Below, piece by piece: positions 63,311-64,000 of a DNA stretch of 64,000 nt. Origin of the DNA: Desulfuromonadales bacterium (GTDB taxonomy: Bacteria > Desulfobacterota > Desulfuromonadia > Desulfuromonadales > UBA2197); NCBI GenBank assembly GCA_014859605.1, contig JACUTW010000001.1:14527-78526 (forward strand), given 5' to 3'. A model generated the notes under the pieces. The model was not told the origin of the DNA. It saw only the letters and a program-made list of their open reading frames with translations, and searched no databases. The position numbers and the translations under genes were made by a program. Every line of letters begins with the position of its first letter. Position 1 is the first letter of the stretch.

Positions 63311-64000
63311 CTACTTTCCAGCCGCGGGCAGGGTGACTTTCGATCCCAGGATTTTAAGCAGATCCGCCGCTTTTTTATAACCGGGCATAATGGTACCATC
63401 CGGCATAATCAGCGTCGGTGTCGAGGTAATTCCCAACCGTGCCGCTGTTGCCAGTGTTTCGTCAACTTTGGTCGTTGGACAGGCCGAAGGGGCGACCGGG
63501 GCGCCCGCAAAGTACGCATCCAGAACAGCAAGGGGGTTGGTCGAGCAGAGGATGGCCTTGGAGAGGCCATAAGCATTCGGATGCGACTTCAACGGCATCA
63601 GTTTGATCAGGAAAGCGATATTGGGATCAGCCTTGACGACTTCCTGCATCTCGACATGCACTTTTTTACAATAAGGACATTCAGGATCGGTAAAGACGAT
63701 CACTTTGGATTTGGCATCGGCTTTCCCGAGAAGAATCGCATCGTCAACGGGGATCGATTTAATATCGACCTTCCTGGCGGCAGGACTTTGTGGCGCGACC
63801 GCGGGCTTGCCATTGTTCAATTTATCCATCCGCTGCTGGGTCAAGTCTTCGCCGGTAGCAATCTTGATAATGCTCCCTGCCAGAATATAATTTTTCGAAA
63901 AATCGATAAAGATCGGGAATTTCTGCCCGCCTTTTTCCGCATCGACAGTCCAGAAACCGGGAAGTTCCGAGAACTCGACGGCCAGAACCTTATCGATCCC
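63311..64000 (-). CDS. dsbC: Thiol:disulfide interchange protein DsbC family (5' end outside the window)
   Basis: CPYC active site in a thioredoxin fold. The reading frame stays open upstream of the listed TTG to the window edge, encoding a DsbC-like N-terminal dimerisation domain (..GFWTVDAEKGGQKFPIFIDFSKNYILAGSI..). Confidence 0.8.
   Translation of the reverse strand, partial: GIDKVLAVEFSELPGFWTVDAEKGGQKFPIFIDFSKNYILAGSIIKIATGEDLTQQRMDKLNNGKPAVAPQSPAARKVDIKSIPVDDAILLGKADAKSKVIVFTDPECPYCKKVHVEMQEVVKADPNIAFLIKLMPLKSHPNAYGLSKAILCSTNPLAVLDAYFAGAPVAPSACPTTKVDETLATAARLGITSTPTLIMPDGTIMPGYKKAADLLKILGSKVTLPAAGK

Overview
This is a GC-rich, densely coding bacterial chromosome segment with about 60 protein genes. 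By eye I found no rRNA, tRNA, CRISPR array, transposase or integrase. The gene content and order point to a Desulfuromonadales-type (Geobacter/Desulfuromonas-like) deltaproteobacterium: monomeric icd, mdh and korDABC lie together, with a succinyl:acetate-type CoA-transferase nearby. That assignment is an inference from synteny, not a database hit. Most of the window is core housekeeping: TCA/acetate oxidation genes, fpg, mntP, bamD, recJ, queA-tgt-yajC-secDF, argC, rplM-rpsI, hom, a tight glyA-dCMP deaminase-nrdR-ribD-ribE-ribBA-ribH-nusB block, rpiB, the yceD-rpmF-plsX-fabHDG-acpP-fabF lipid cluster, hflX, fabI and a 5'-truncated dsbC. Five parts are less ordinary. (1) A copper/silver resistance cluster (about 13.3-23.2 kb) holds a multicopper oxidase fused to a CopB-like outer-membrane domain, cusCBA, a Met/His-rich periplasmic protein, a candidate sigma54 promoter and an unusual nested palindrome between cusB and cusA. 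(2) An adjacent HD-GYP / GGDEF pair has parallel sensor-HAMP-GAF architectures, and the HD-GYP sensor domain carries a CXXCH heme-c motif. It is preceded by a 700-bp non-coding region with a consensus promoter. (3) A roughly 90-125 bp nested-palindromic MITE/REP-like element occurs three times and shows compensatory stem changes. (4) An envelope operon couples an MltD-like transglycosylase, a short UbiV-like U32 family protein, an SH3 lipoprotein and an M48 protease. (5) Smaller oddities include an orphan ABC permease, an N-terminally extended HflX, and a beta-helix lipoprotein plus TPR protein wedged between secF and recJ. I do not see a clear-cut new multi-gene system such as a defence island. 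The findings below are ranked candidates, and all functional calls rest on motif recognition in the supplied translations.
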